Below are positions 11,820 to 20,970 of a stretch of DNA of 64,000 bases, in pieces. Positions within the stretch are counted from its first letter, which is position 1; every line of letters begins with the position of its first letter. This DNA is from an uncultured Gammaproteobacteria bacterium (lineage in GTDB: Bacteria > Patescibacteriota > Patescibacteriia > Magasanikbacterales > GCA-002688135), in NCBI GenBank assembly GCA_964536205.1, contig CAZHVT010000004.1, positions 17,960 to 81,959 of the forward strand. The letters run 5' to 3'. A program made the position numbers and the translations under genes. The notes under the pieces were generated by a model that worked only from the letters and a program-made list of their open reading frames with translations, searched no databases and was not told where the DNA came from.

Positions 11820-12005
11820 ATGGCTAAGAAAGAAAAATTCTCAGTGCATGACACAAAAGCACTCAAACAAATGTTGAATGATAAACAAGTAGAACTTGCA
11901 GGATTAAGATTTCAAGCATCAAACAAAGCATTGAGACAGGTAAACAAAATTAGTATTGTTCGACGCGACATTGCTCGCATCAGAACAGCACTAGCACAAA
12001 AATAA
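11820..12005 (+). CDS. rpmC: 50S ribosomal protein L29
   Basis: LRFQ..VRRDIARIRT; synteny. Confidence 0.93.
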   Translation: MAKKEKFSVHDTKALKQMLNDKQVELAGLRFQASNKALRQVNKISIVRRDIARIRTALAQK

Positions 12006-12010
12006 TTAGT

Positions 12011-12283
12011 ATGGATAAAGGCACAACAACGCAAAAAGATGTCATCAAGCGAGTATTTTCTGGCGTGGTGGTAAAAAAGACAGCCGATAAAACGGTGCGT
12101 GTTAAAGTTGCGCGAACAGTTGTGCACAGTAAATACAAAAAACGATATACAAGACATGAAAATTATCTCGTCCATGATCCAAAAAATCAGTTTGAGGTAG
12201 GTCAAAAAGTTTCGTTTGAACAATGTCGTCCCATTTCAAAAATGAAACGATGGCGAGTATTGTACGAATCAGCAAAGAAATAA
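12011..12283 (+). CDS. rpsQ: 30S ribosomal protein S17
   Basis: [23 protein letters not shown]. Confidence 0.96.
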   Translation: MDKGTTTQKDVIKRVFSGVVVKKTADKTVRVKVARTVVHSKYKKRYTRHENYLVHDPKNQFEVGQKVSFEQCRPISKMKRWRVLYESAKK

Positions 12284-12284
12284 T

Positions 12285-12656
12285 ATGTTACAACAAGAGT
12301 CAAAATTGTTATCAGCAGATAATAGTGGCGCAAAGCGGCTCAAGGTTATTCGTGTTCTTGGAGGATATAAAAAACGCTATGCGAGAATCGGCGATATCAT
12401 TACATGTTCAGTAAAAGAAGCAACTCCACGCGGACAAGTAAAAAAGGGTGAGGTGGTACATGTGGTATTGGTACGAAGCAAAAAAGAGACAGTACGTCCT
12501 GATGGAACAGCAGTACGATTTTCAGAAAACGCCGGGGTAATTATCGATAAGAAAAATAAGGAACCGCGAGCAACACGTATTTTCGGTCCAGTCGCTCGTG
12601 AATTACGCGCAATGGGATATAACAAAATTATCTCACTCGCACCTGAAGTACTCTAA
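12285..12656 (+). CDS. rplN: 50S ribosomal protein L14
   Basis: [28 protein letters not shown]. Confidence 0.98.
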   Translation: MLQQESKLLSADNSGAKRLKVIRVLGGYKKRYARIGDIITCSVKEATPRGQVKKGEVVHVVLVRSKKETVRPDGTAVRFSENAGVIIDKKNKEPRATRIFGPVARELRAMGYNKIISLAPEVL

Positions 12657-12657
12657 A

Positions 12658-12726
12658 AGCGATTAGCGATTAGCGTCTAGCGTTTAGAAAAAATTCTAAT
12701 CGCTAGACGCTGTACGCTAAACGCTA
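12658..12726. repeat. inverted TAGCGnn heptamer tandem repeat
   Basis: Near-copy of 9875-9941. Confidence 0.8.
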
Positions 12727-12733
12727 CAAAATT

Positions 12734-12979
12734 ATGGCTAAACAACACGTAACATCTGGAGATAACGTCAAAGTGCTTGCCGGTAAAGACAAAGGTAAAA
12801 CCGGTAAGATTCTTCAGGTATTTCCAAAAAAGAATCGCGTTGTTGTTGAAGGTGTAAATGTCATGAAAAAACATTTGAAATCACGCGGAAATGAAAAAGG
12901 ACAAGTAATTGAACTATCAGCGCCTATCCATATTTCAAATGTGAAGAAAGTAGCTGAAGAAAAACCAGCTAAGAAATAA
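12734..12979 (+). CDS. rplX: 50S ribosomal protein L24
   Basis: [24 protein letters not shown]. Confidence 0.97.
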   Translation: MAKQHVTSGDNVKVLAGKDKGKTGKILQVFPKKNRVVVEGVNVMKKHLKSRGNEKGQVIELSAPIHISNVKKVAEEKPAKK

Positions 12980-12980
12980 T

Positions 12981-13532
12981 ATGTCAGCACTCAAAGAATT
13001 GTACAACACAGCAGTACTGCCGAAACTCAAGCAAGAACTTGGGTGTGACAACGTGCATGCATGTCCAAAACTTGAAAAAGTTGTTGTTCATGTAGGCTTT
13101 GGAAAACATGCAAAAGATGGTGAGTATATCAAAAATGTAAAAAAGACATTGCGAAACATTACAGGACAAGAACCTGTAGATGCACCCGCAAAGAAATCAA
13201 TTTCAAACTTTAAGGTTCGTGAAGGAAATATTATTGGCGCAAAAGTTACGCTACGTGGGAAATTGATGTATGACTTCGTGGAACGTATTATCAATGTGAC
13301 ACTGCCGCGAGTTCCGGATTTCCGTGGATTGAAAGTAAAAAATATTGATAGTAATGGAAACATGAATTTCGGATTTAAAGACCAGATCGCATTTCCAGAA
13401 AGTTCGCCAGAAGATATTCATAATCCGCATGGTGTACAAGTTACAGTTGTTACGACAGCAGATAATCACAAAGATGGGTTTATGTTGTTGGACACACTCG
13501 GATTTCCATTTGCAAAGGAAGAAACTAAATAA
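12981..13532 (+). CDS. rplE: 50S ribosomal protein L5
   Basis: [27 protein letters not shown]. Confidence 0.97.
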   Translation: MSALKELYNTAVLPKLKQELGCDNVHACPKLEKVVVHVGFGKHAKDGEYIKNVKKTLRNITGQEPVDAPAKKSISNFKVREGNIIGAKVTLRGKLMYDFVERIINVTLPRVPDFRGLKVKNIDSNGNMNFGFKDQIAFPESSPEDIHNPHGVQVTVVTTADNHKDGFMLLDTLGFPFAKEETK

Positions 13533-13537
13533 CTCAT

Positions 13538-13723
13538 ATGGCTACAAAAGCTCAGATAATCAAATCTCAAAAGAAGCAAAAGTTCTCAACGCGTGGTGTG
13601 AACAGATGTTGGCGTTGTGGACGAAAACGCGGATACATGAGAAAATTTGATCTCTGCAGAATTTGTTTCCGTGAATTAGCTAACGCCGGACAAATTCCGG
13701 GAGTACGTAAATCATCTTGGTAA
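13538..13723 (+). CDS. rpsN: 30S ribosomal protein S14 (zinc-binding type)
   Basis: [23 protein letters not shown]. Confidence 0.97.
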   Translation: MATKAQIIKSQKKQKFSTRGVNRCWRCGRKRGYMRKFDLCRICFRELANAGQIPGVRKSSW

Positions 13724-13727
13724 ATAT

Positions 13728-14120
13728 ATGATGACAGATCCAATCGCAGACATGTTGACCAGAATTAGAAACGCATGTATGGTACGCAAACCATCAGTGT
13801 CTTTGCCGTACTCAAAATTGAAATTTGCGATTGCACAGAAAATGGCTGAAGCAGGATATGTGAAAGAGGTTGTAAAGGAAGATGGTGCTGGAAAACCAAC
13901 CATGACCATTTCACTCAAATACAAAGGCAAGCTTCCACATATTACAGAAATCACACGTGTAAGTAAGCCCGGATTGCGTATTTACGTGAAATCAGACGCA
14001 ATTCCTAAAGTGAAAGGTGGATACGGAACAGCATTTTTATCAACATCACAAGGTTTAATGACAGACGAGCAGGCGCGCGAAAAGGGCGTCGGAGGAGAGC
14101 TTGTATGCACACTATATTAA
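13728..14120 (+). CDS. rpsH: 30S ribosomal protein S8
   Basis: TDPIADMLTRIRNA, SKPGLRIY. Confidence 0.98.
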   Translation: MMTDPIADMLTRIRNACMVRKPSVSLPYSKLKFAIAQKMAEAGYVKEVVKEDGAGKPTMTISLKYKGKLPHITEITRVSKPGLRIYVKSDAIPKVKGGYGTAFLSTSQGLMTDEQAREKGVGGELVCTLY

Positions 14121-14123
14121 GGA

Positions 14124-14286
14124 GGATCATTCAAAATAAGTACTGATTGAATATATGACATCCACTTCTGCTAAAAAGGGTTCAAAGCTCGTCAACGATG
14201 CGTCCGGCATCGCTTCCTCGCTTGTTCACCCTTTTTATCTAGAAGTGGAGGCCATCTATCCTAATCAGTATTATTCCGAATAATCC
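14124..14286. repeat. long bulged hairpin element (related to 6720-6855)
   Basis: GGATCATTC...GAATAATCC outer arms; shared core. Confidence 0.7.
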
Positions 14287-14288
14287 AT

Positions 14289-14834
14289 ATGTCACGTATC
14301 GGACGAAAACCCATTACGATTCCGGAGGGCGTCAAAGTCGCAATTAGCGATGGGTATATTGTGGTTAACGGACCAAAAGGTGAATTGAAACAAACAACAA
14401 ATCCTGCGGTAAATATTGATATTAAAGATAATGTAATTGGAGTAACAGTGAATCAACCTGAAGATAAGAAGGAGCGAGCATTGTGGGGGTTGTATGGATC
14501 ACTTGTCGCCAACATGATTACAGGAGTCACAGAGGGTTACGAAAAACAGTTGGAAGTTCGTGGTGTTGGATTTAAAAGTAAAGTAGATGGAAAGAAATTG
14601 GTTTTGGATGTCGGATATTCTCATCAAGTAAATTACGAGATTCCAGAAGGCATTGAAATCAAGGCAGAAAAAAACATTTTAACAATTACAGGAATTGATA
14701 AACAACAAGTTGGATTTGTCGCAAGTCGTATTCGGTCAGTTCGAAAACCTGAACCATATAAGGGGAAAGGAATTCGATATGTCGACGAACAAGTCCAAAT
14801 GAAAGCTGGTAAAGCAGCAAAGGCTGCAGGATAA
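14289..14834 (+). CDS. rplF: 50S ribosomal protein L6
   Basis: MSRIGRKPI, RKPEPYKGKGIRY. Confidence 0.98.
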   Translation: MSRIGRKPITIPEGVKVAISDGYIVVNGPKGELKQTTNPAVNIDIKDNVIGVTVNQPEDKKERALWGLYGSLVANMITGVTEGYEKQLEVRGVGFKSKVDGKKLVLDVGYSHQVNYEIPEGIEIKAEKNILTITGIDKQQVGFVASRIRSVRKPEPYKGKGIRYVDEQVQMKAGKAAKAAG

Positions 14835-14837
14835 CAT

Positions 14838-15215
14838 ATGAAAACAGCACACAAAACATCAAATAAAGTTGTTGCGAAAAAAAGACGTCAAAAGCGCGTA
14901 CGCGCACAGATTTCTGGTACCGCAACTCGACCGCGTTTGGCTGTTTTCAGATCAAACACTGCAATACGCGCACAACTTATCGATGACGTAAAAGGCACAA
15001 CATTAGTTTCTGTTGATTCAAAAAAAATGGATGAAAAAGACGCAGGCGAGAGAAAAGCAAAAGTCGCACGAGCATTTAATGTGGGACGTGAAGTTGCAAA
15101 ACAAGCTCAAGCAAAAAAAATAGATACAATTGTATTTGATCGTGCAGGATATGCATATCATGGCCAAGTCAAAGCGGTCGCCGATGGCGCACGCGAAGGC
15201 GGCCTTCAATTTTAG
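14838..15215 (+). CDS. rplR: 50S ribosomal protein L18
   Basis: RPRLAVFRSN, VFDRAGYAYHG..AREGGL. Confidence 0.98.
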   Translation: MKTAHKTSNKVVAKKRRQKRVRAQISGTATRPRLAVFRSNTAIRAQLIDDVKGTTLVSVDSKKMDEKDAGERKAKVARAFNVGREVAKQAQAKKIDTIVFDRAGYAYHGQVKAVADGAREGGLQF

Positions 15216-15223
15216 GAACTTAT

Positions 15224-15760
15224 ATGCCAGAAGCAGCAACAGTACAAAAAAAGCAGCAAGGAAATCGAGGAAGAAATCAACGTCCTCGTGGTAACAGACG
15301 ACCACGTCGTGAAGAGCGTGAATTCGAACAACGCGTAGTAGATCTTGCGCGTGTCACGCGTGTGACATCTGGTGGAAAACGAATGAGCTTTCGTGCGACT
15401 GTTGTGGTTGGTGATAAAAAAGGAAGAGTAGGTTACGGAATCGCAAAAGGAAAAGATGTGCAAGCAGCAATTCAAAAAGCTGTAGCAAAAGGTGAAAAAT
15501 CCGTCATTCGTGTTCCCATGAAAAAGAATACGATCCCGCACGCAATCAACAAAAAATTCAAAGCAGCAAAAGTTTTATTGAAACCAGCTCCAGATGGTAC
15601 AGGAGTTATTGCAGGTGGTGCGGTTCGTATCGTATTAGAATTATCAGGAATTAAAGATATTGTTGGAAAGATGCTTGGATCAACAAGTAAACACAACAAT
15701 GTACATGCAACCATCGAAGCACTAAAAGACTTGCAGTTGGCTGCAGCAAAAAAAGCATAA
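15224..15760 (+). CDS. rpsE: 30S ribosomal protein S5
   Basis: RVTRVTSGGK, PAPDGTGVIAGG. Confidence 0.98.
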   Translation: MPEAATVQKKQQGNRGRNQRPRGNRRPRREEREFEQRVVDLARVTRVTSGGKRMSFRATVVVGDKKGRVGYGIAKGKDVQAAIQKAVAKGEKSVIRVPMKKNTIPHAINKKFKAAKVLLKPAPDGTGVIAGGAVRIVLELSGIKDIVGKMLGSTSKHNNVHATIEALKDLQLAAAKKA

Positions 15761-15764
15761 ATAT

Positions 15765-16190
15765 ATGTCGTTATCTCTCAACACCCTCACCAAAAAAGGT
15801 AAGAATGCAAAACCTCGTCGTGGACGCGGTAATGCTTCTGGTGCAGGAACATATTCAGGAAGGGGAATGAAAGGGCAAAAATCTCGCTCAGGTTCTTCTG
15901 GTTTGAAAGAAATGGCATTGCGGCGCGTAGTCCAGCGAATTCCAAAAAAACGTGGATTTAAGCCAGTTCGAACAAAACCAGAAGGTGTAACATTGGCAAC
16001 TATCGAGAAACATTTTGAAGAAAATGCTATAATCACTCCTAAGGTTCTACGAAAAGCTGGATACATCAAGACTCCGCAAGTACGCATCATAAACACAGGT
16101 ACACTCAAAAAGAAATTTTCATTTAAATCATGCAATGTAACTGAAGGCGCACGCGCAGCTATTGAAGCGGCTGGTGGAACTATTGCATAG
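15765..16190 (+). CDS. rplO: 50S ribosomal protein L15
   Basis: RGRGNASGAGTYSGRGMKGQKSRSG, IEAAGG; follows rpsE directly (no rpmD). Confidence 0.97.
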   Translation: MSLSLNTLTKKGKNAKPRRGRGNASGAGTYSGRGMKGQKSRSGSSGLKEMALRRVVQRIPKKRGFKPVRTKPEGVTLATIEKHFEENAIITPKVLRKAGYIKTPQVRIINTGTLKKKFSFKSCNVTEGARAAIEAAGGTIA

Positions 16191-16196
16191 AAGATG

Positions 16197-16299
16197 CGTA
16201 AATCGTAAATCGTAAAGCGTAATGAGGGAAAAGGTATCGCTGCACGCGATCTATTAATATGTCGCCCTTGGCGACTCCGCTACCCGCATTACGAGTTAC
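16197..16299. repeat. CGTAA heptamer-armed hairpin element
   Basis: GCGTAAA TCGTAAA TCGTAAA GCGTAAT ... GCATTAC GAGTTAC. Confidence 0.7.
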
Positions 16300-16306
16300 T
16301 AATAGT

Positions 16307-17581
16307 ATGATCGAGCAACTAAAGAAAATCTGGAAGATCAAAGAATTGCGTAACAGCATTCTTTTTGTCATTGGTACACTTATAATTTTCCGCATTGTTG
16401 CACATATTCCATTACCGGGAGTAGACGTAGCAAGTTTGCGTCAATTCTTCAGCAACAATCAATTACTCGGATTGTTGAATATTTTCTCCGGTGGAACACT
16501 TCAGAATTTCTCCGTTATTGTGATGGGTGTTGGTCCATTTATTACCGCATCCATTATTCTGCAATTGCTGACAATGGTAATTCCAAAACTAGAAGAACTT
16601 TCAAAAGAAGGAGAATACGGACAAAAGAAAATCAACCAATATACACGATTGCTCACCGTCCCACTTTCATTTCTACAAGGATACGGAACAATCCAACTCA
16701 TCAATCAGTCAGCACACAACATCTTCCCAGACCTCACAGGATTCATGATGTTAAAAACACTTCTGACAGTTACAGCTGGAACAATATTCCTCATGTGGCT
16801 CGGTGAGTTAATTTCAGAAAAAAACATCGGAAACGGAATCTCATTCCTCATCTTCGCAGGTATTATTGCTGGATTGCCACAATTCGTACAACAAGCTGCC
16901 GTAACATTTACTGAGGCAGACTTCATCACATACTTACTCTACGCAATCCTAACTGTCGGAACGGTCGCTGGTGTGGTCTACATTACGGAAGCGCAGCGAA
17001 ACATTCCTGTGGTGTATGCACGTCATGTACGTGGTTCACGAATGGGCGGAGGATCACGATCATTTCTGCCATTGCGTTTAAATATGGGTGGAATGATCCC
17101 CATCATTTTCGCAATTTCTGTTGTGCTATTCCCATCACTAATCGCACAATTTTTCATCAATGCACAAACCCCTTGGGTCGCAAACTTCGCGGCCAACACT
17201 ATCGCATTCTTTGAAAACCAATTCTACTACGGATTATTCTATTTTGCGCTCGTGATGATTTTCACATTCTTCTACGCATCTGTCATTTTCCATCCAGAAA
17301 AAATCGCAGAGAATTTACAAAAACAAGGGGGATTCATTCCAGGTATTCGACCAGGAAAACACACACAAGAATACATCAACACCATCAAAAACCGCATCCT
17401 ACTTTTCGGAGCACTTTTCTTGTCAGTGATCGCAGTTTTCCCATTAGTACTCCAAGCATTCACAAACACAACAGTCCTCACGATCGGTGGTGTAAGTATT
17501 CTGATCGTCGTGGCTGTTGTCATCGACATCATCAAAAAAATCGAAGCTCAAATACAAATGAGAGCATACGATCAAGTCTAA
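16307..17581 (+). CDS. secY: preprotein translocase SecY
   Basis: GVGPFITASII, MWLGELISEKNIGNG, FIPGIRPG. Confidence 0.98.
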   Translation: MIEQLKKIWKIKELRNSILFVIGTLIIFRIVAHIPLPGVDVASLRQFFSNNQLLGLLNIFSGGTLQNFSVIVMGVGPFITASIILQLLTMVIPKLEELSKEGEYGQKKINQYTRLLTVPLSFLQGYGTIQLINQSAHNIFPDLTGFMMLKTLLTVTAGTIFLMWLGELISEKNIGNGISFLIFAGIIAGLPQFVQQAAVTFTEADFITYLLYAILTVGTVAGVVYITEAQRNIPVVYARHVRGSRMGGGSRSFLPLRLNMGGMIPIIFAISVVLFPSLIAQFFINAQTPWVANFAANTIAFFENQFYYGLFYFALVMIFTFFYASVIFHPEKIAENLQKQGGFIPGIRPGKHTQEYINTIKNRILLFGALFLSVIAVFPLVLQAFTNTTVLTIGGVSILIVVAVVIDIIKKIEAQIQMRAYDQV

Positions 17582-17732
17582 GCTGTCATCCTGTAGTCGT
17601 ACGGGATCCATGCCACTAATCGAGAGAAATGAAGTCAAATCCCTATACATGGGATTTTTACTTTACCATAGACAAACCCACAAAAATCAACTAAAGTAAT
17701 CAGAGTTCATTGAAACAAAAGAGGTGCAACAT

Positions 17733-18395
17733 ATGAAAGGACAAGCTATGGAACATGATGAAGGTACGCAAGAAGCTGATGAAGAAGTCAAAGGCTTTGA
17801 TTTCTTGAGCGACATGATCGGACAAGAAGTAATGGAAACCGCGCTAAGAAATGGCCTATCCTTAAGTGATTTTCGTAAACTAGGTGAAGATGCGCTGATG
17901 CAACAAATTGCCCCAACAATCAAAGCATACACAACAGGAGCTGGCGATGCTGATATGGAGAATCAAGTAAAAGCAGAGATAGAAAAAAACATCATCGATT
18001 GCGATGCGAGTCCATTCATTCACGACGGGTGGTCCGTCTATCCTGGAAATCACATCAAGGGTGGTCAACTCGAGTGGGATCCGGGGAAAATCGAGCTCTG
18101 GCTCTCGCAAGAACAGAAAAACAGTTCGATTCCAGGACACGAGCTGCGCAAGCAGCTAGTAGAACAGAAACCACTGAATGCCAACGTGCTGGACTACCTG
18201 CTAGCCAACCCTCACCTCATTCCCGAGAAGTGGAAGGGTCAGTACGTCTTCTTCTGGGGAACCATTTACCGCGGCCGGCGCGGCAACCTGCTTGTCCGTT
18301 GTCTTTGCTGGAGTAGTGATGCCTGGCACGGGCACTATCACTGGCTGGGCAATCGCTGGACCGACGGCCATCCGGCGTTGGTGCTCGCACCGTAA
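17733..18395 (+). CDS. probable DGR variable (target) protein, C-type lectin-like C-terminus
   Basis: Aromatic-spaced C-terminus FFWGTIYR..VRCLCW..W..Y.WL..W..PALVLA built of NNC/NNT codons; hairpin just after stop; SD GAGGTG. Confidence 0.7.
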   Translation: MKGQAMEHDEGTQEADEEVKGFDFLSDMIGQEVMETALRNGLSLSDFRKLGEDALMQQIAPTIKAYTTGAGDADMENQVKAEIEKNIIDCDASPFIHDGWSVYPGNHIKGGQLEWDPGKIELWLSQEQKNSSIPGHELRKQLVEQKPLNANVLDYLLANPHLIPEKWKGQYVFFWGTIYRGRRGNLLVRCLCWSSDAWHGHYHWLGNRWTDGHPALVLAP

Positions 18396-18471
18396 CTAGC
18401 CCTTTGGGCTCACATACTTAGTACTACTAGTCCTCGACCCTTAGTTCTTTGTCCTTAATATTTTAATCCAC

Positions 18472-18511
18472 AGACCTACAATGGTGCAACGCACTGGTGT
18501 AGGTCTTTTTT
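18472..18511 (+). terminator. intrinsic terminator-like hairpin
   Basis: AGACCTACA...TGTAGGTCT followed by T run. Confidence 0.6.
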
Positions 18512-18575
18512 ATTTGTCATCAAAGCAAAATTTCCTTATAATACAGCTGTATTTACATAATCAAAAAAACCTCAT

Positions 18576-19253
18576 ATGGCACCCAGCCAAGAACTTGAGG
18601 GTGGTCCGCCGATTATCATCGTGTTGGGTCCGCCAGGTTCCGGAAAAGGAACACAAGCGCAGCGCTTGAAAGATCGCTGTAATATGTCACATTTATCACC
18701 AGGAGCACTCCTGCGAGAGCTCAAGAAAAAAGATCCAAAAAAACTTCCGCCAAAAACACGGCGTGAATTAAAGAAGATGGAAAGAGGTGATATGGTAGGG
18801 CATTGGTTGGTGTATGATCTCATGTTTCCCAAAATCAAAAAAGCATTAAAAAAAGGAAACGGAGTTATTATTGATGGAGCCATTCGTACAGTAGAACAGG
18901 TTGAAGGTTATACAGAATTTTTTGAAAAAAATGACTTGATGAATCGAGTGATCGTAGTATACGTGCATGTTGCAAAAGTTGAGGCCGTAAAACGATTGAA
19001 AGCGCGAAGAATTAAAGTAAATGGAAAATGGACAAAGCGCGATGATGATGTCAACAAAAAAGCAATGGAACATCGATTCGCTGTACAAGGAAACGCAGCA
19101 CAGCGACCAGTATTAGCTGCACTAAAAAAACATGTGTTAGTTGAAAAAGTTGATGGACACGGAACCATCAATCAAATCGAAAAACGCATCGCAAATCAAT
19201 TAGTAAAAAAAGGAGCTCTCAAGAAAAAAAGTGGGAAGTACATCTGTATATGA
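18576..19253 (+). CDS. adk: adenylate kinase (short-LID type)
   Basis: GPPGSGKGTQA, IIDGAIRT..Q, RDDD; near secY/map. Confidence 0.85.
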   Translation: MAPSQELEGGPPIIIVLGPPGSGKGTQAQRLKDRCNMSHLSPGALLRELKKKDPKKLPPKTRRELKKMERGDMVGHWLVYDLMFPKIKKALKKGNGVIIDGAIRTVEQVEGYTEFFEKNDLMNRVIVVYVHVAKVEAVKRLKARRIKVNGKWTKRDDDVNKKAMEHRFAVQGNAAQRPVLAALKKHVLVEKVDGHGTINQIEKRIANQLVKKGALKKKSGKYICI

Positions 19254-20026
19254 GCCTCATTAAATCGAAAGAAGATATTGACTTGATAAGAGAAGGAGGG
19301 CATAAACTTTCACGTATTGTGGAAGATCTTGTGAAACTCGTAAAACCTGGGGCGAAAACAGATGATATAGATAAAGCTGCGGAAGATGCAATTGTTGCAC
19401 TAGGCGCACGCCCAGCATTTTTGAACTATGCGCCAGGTGGGCACAATCCATTCAATTCAACAATCTGTGCATGTATTAATGAAGAAGTTGTACATGGCCC
19501 AGCTCATCCAGGGCGTGAATTAAAGGAAGGAGATATTTTTTCGATAGATATTGGAATGGAATATAAGGGGCGATATACTGACATGGCGGTGACTGTTCCG
19601 GTTGGAAAAATTTCAGACGAAGCAGAAAAAATAATTGATGTCGCAAAGCGATCTTTTTTTGCAGGGTTAGAAGGGATTAAATCTGGCGCATCTTTAAATG
19701 TAATTGGAAAAGCTGTACAAAAGCTTGTTGAGGGAGAGGGGTATCATATTGTTCGCGCATTGGTAGGGCATGGTGTGGGCCATGCAGTTCATGAAGATCC
19801 ACAAGTTCCAAATTTTGATGATCCGCGCGCAGAAAAAATCATCTTGGAAGAAGGAATGGTGTTGGCGATCGAACCTATGGTCACAACACATTCATATGAA
19901 GTAGAAACTGCGCCCGATGGTTGGACAGTTATTCCAAAAGATGGAGGATTGTCAGCACATTGGGAGCATACGATAGTAGTGACAAAAGATGGACACGAAA
20001 TACTGACACAATATGTCGAAGCTTGA
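19250..20026 (+). CDS. map: methionine aminopeptidase type I
   Basis: NEEVVHG, GHGVG..VHEDP, AIEPM, SAHWEHT. Confidence 0.97.
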   Translation: MSLIKSKEDIDLIREGGHKLSRIVEDLVKLVKPGAKTDDIDKAAEDAIVALGARPAFLNYAPGGHNPFNSTICACINEEVVHGPAHPGRELKEGDIFSIDIGMEYKGRYTDMAVTVPVGKISDEAEKIIDVAKRSFFAGLEGIKSGASLNVIGKAVQKLVEGEGYHIVRALVGHGVGHAVHEDPQVPNFDDPRAEKIILEEGMVLAIEPMVTTHSYEVETAPDGWTVIPKDGGLSAHWEHTIVVTKDGHEILTQYVEA

Positions 20027-20402
20027 AGGTTTAAAAATGCTCGGGATCGATTATGGTGAAACCCATATCGGTTTTGCGTTTAAACCAGAAGGATCAAAGC
20101 TTGCTGTCCCACATCAAATTTTCGACAGAAAACCTGGAGATCGAGAAGTATTGATTGAGGAAGTAAAAGATATTATTGAAGAGTTAGAAGTAGAGATGGT
20201 GATCGTAGGCTTGCCTCTCACGCTCCAAGGAAAGCCAGACAAGATGTGCGATCGCGTAGCATTATTCATTCATGATCTGCGCAAAAATATCTCGATAAGG
20301 GTCGATCAAGAAGATGAACGCATGACAACGCGTATGGCTGGCAAGCATGCTCACGATCTCTCTGCTGCAATCATTTTACAAACGTATATAGATACTAACT
20401 AA
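20013..20402 (+). CDS. ruvX: YqgF/RuvX family nuclease
   Basis: LGIDYG..IGFA, IVGLPL, DERMTT, AAIILQ. Confidence 0.9.
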   Translation: MSKLEGLKMLGIDYGETHIGFAFKPEGSKLAVPHQIFDRKPGDREVLIEEVKDIIEELEVEMVIVGLPLTLQGKPDKMCDRVALFIHDLRKNISIRVDQEDERMTTRMAGKHAHDLSAAIILQTYIDTN

Positions 20403-20406
20403 GTGT

Positions 20407-20961
20407 GTGAGTTACAACACAAAAGCTGTAATACTTTCACGTCGTCCTTATCTTGAGGACGATTGTTTAGTTACGATGTTTACACAGCGATATGGAAAGA
20501 TACAGGCGCGAGCGATTTCAGCACTCAAGCCAAAAAGTAAATTACGCGGGCACTTAGAGCAGGGTAGATTGGTTGATGTCATGCTCACACAAATAGACAG
20601 ACAGGGAAAACTCGCACAAATCATCACATTAAAAAATTATGCCTCGTCTGATCCAATACGATTTACAGCACTAACCGCGATATTAGAATTGACGGACTTG
20701 ATGTCACAACCTACTCCAGATATAGATTTGTGGAGAAGCGTACAATCAGCGTTGAGTGGAGTGCGAGATATCTCATCTCTAGATCAGTTAATAAACACAT
20801 TATCAGCAGGGATGATGGGGATTCTTAAAAGCGGCGGAATTGGAATGGAATCTGCATCAAATCTCGGCCAAATTCACGCACATATTCAATGGAATCTCGG
20901 TAAAAAAATCAATAGTCTAAGCAAGATTGGGGCACTTGAACTCAAACAAACAATTAGTTAA
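20407..20961 (+). CDS. recO: DNA repair protein RecO
   Basis: AVILSRRPY.EDD.LVTMFT..YGKI..SKLRGHLE OB-fold; GTG start. Confidence 0.8.
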   Translation: MSYNTKAVILSRRPYLEDDCLVTMFTQRYGKIQARAISALKPKSKLRGHLEQGRLVDVMLTQIDRQGKLAQIITLKNYASSDPIRFTALTAILELTDLMSQPTPDIDLWRSVQSALSGVRDISSLDQLINTLSAGMMGILKSGGIGMESASNLGQIHAHIQWNLGKKINSLSKIGALELKQTIS

Positions 20962-20970
20962 GATGCGTCT

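Noticed and set aside
15760-15765. Missing rpmD (L30) as a novelty
   Set aside because: Known general trait of CPR bacteria.
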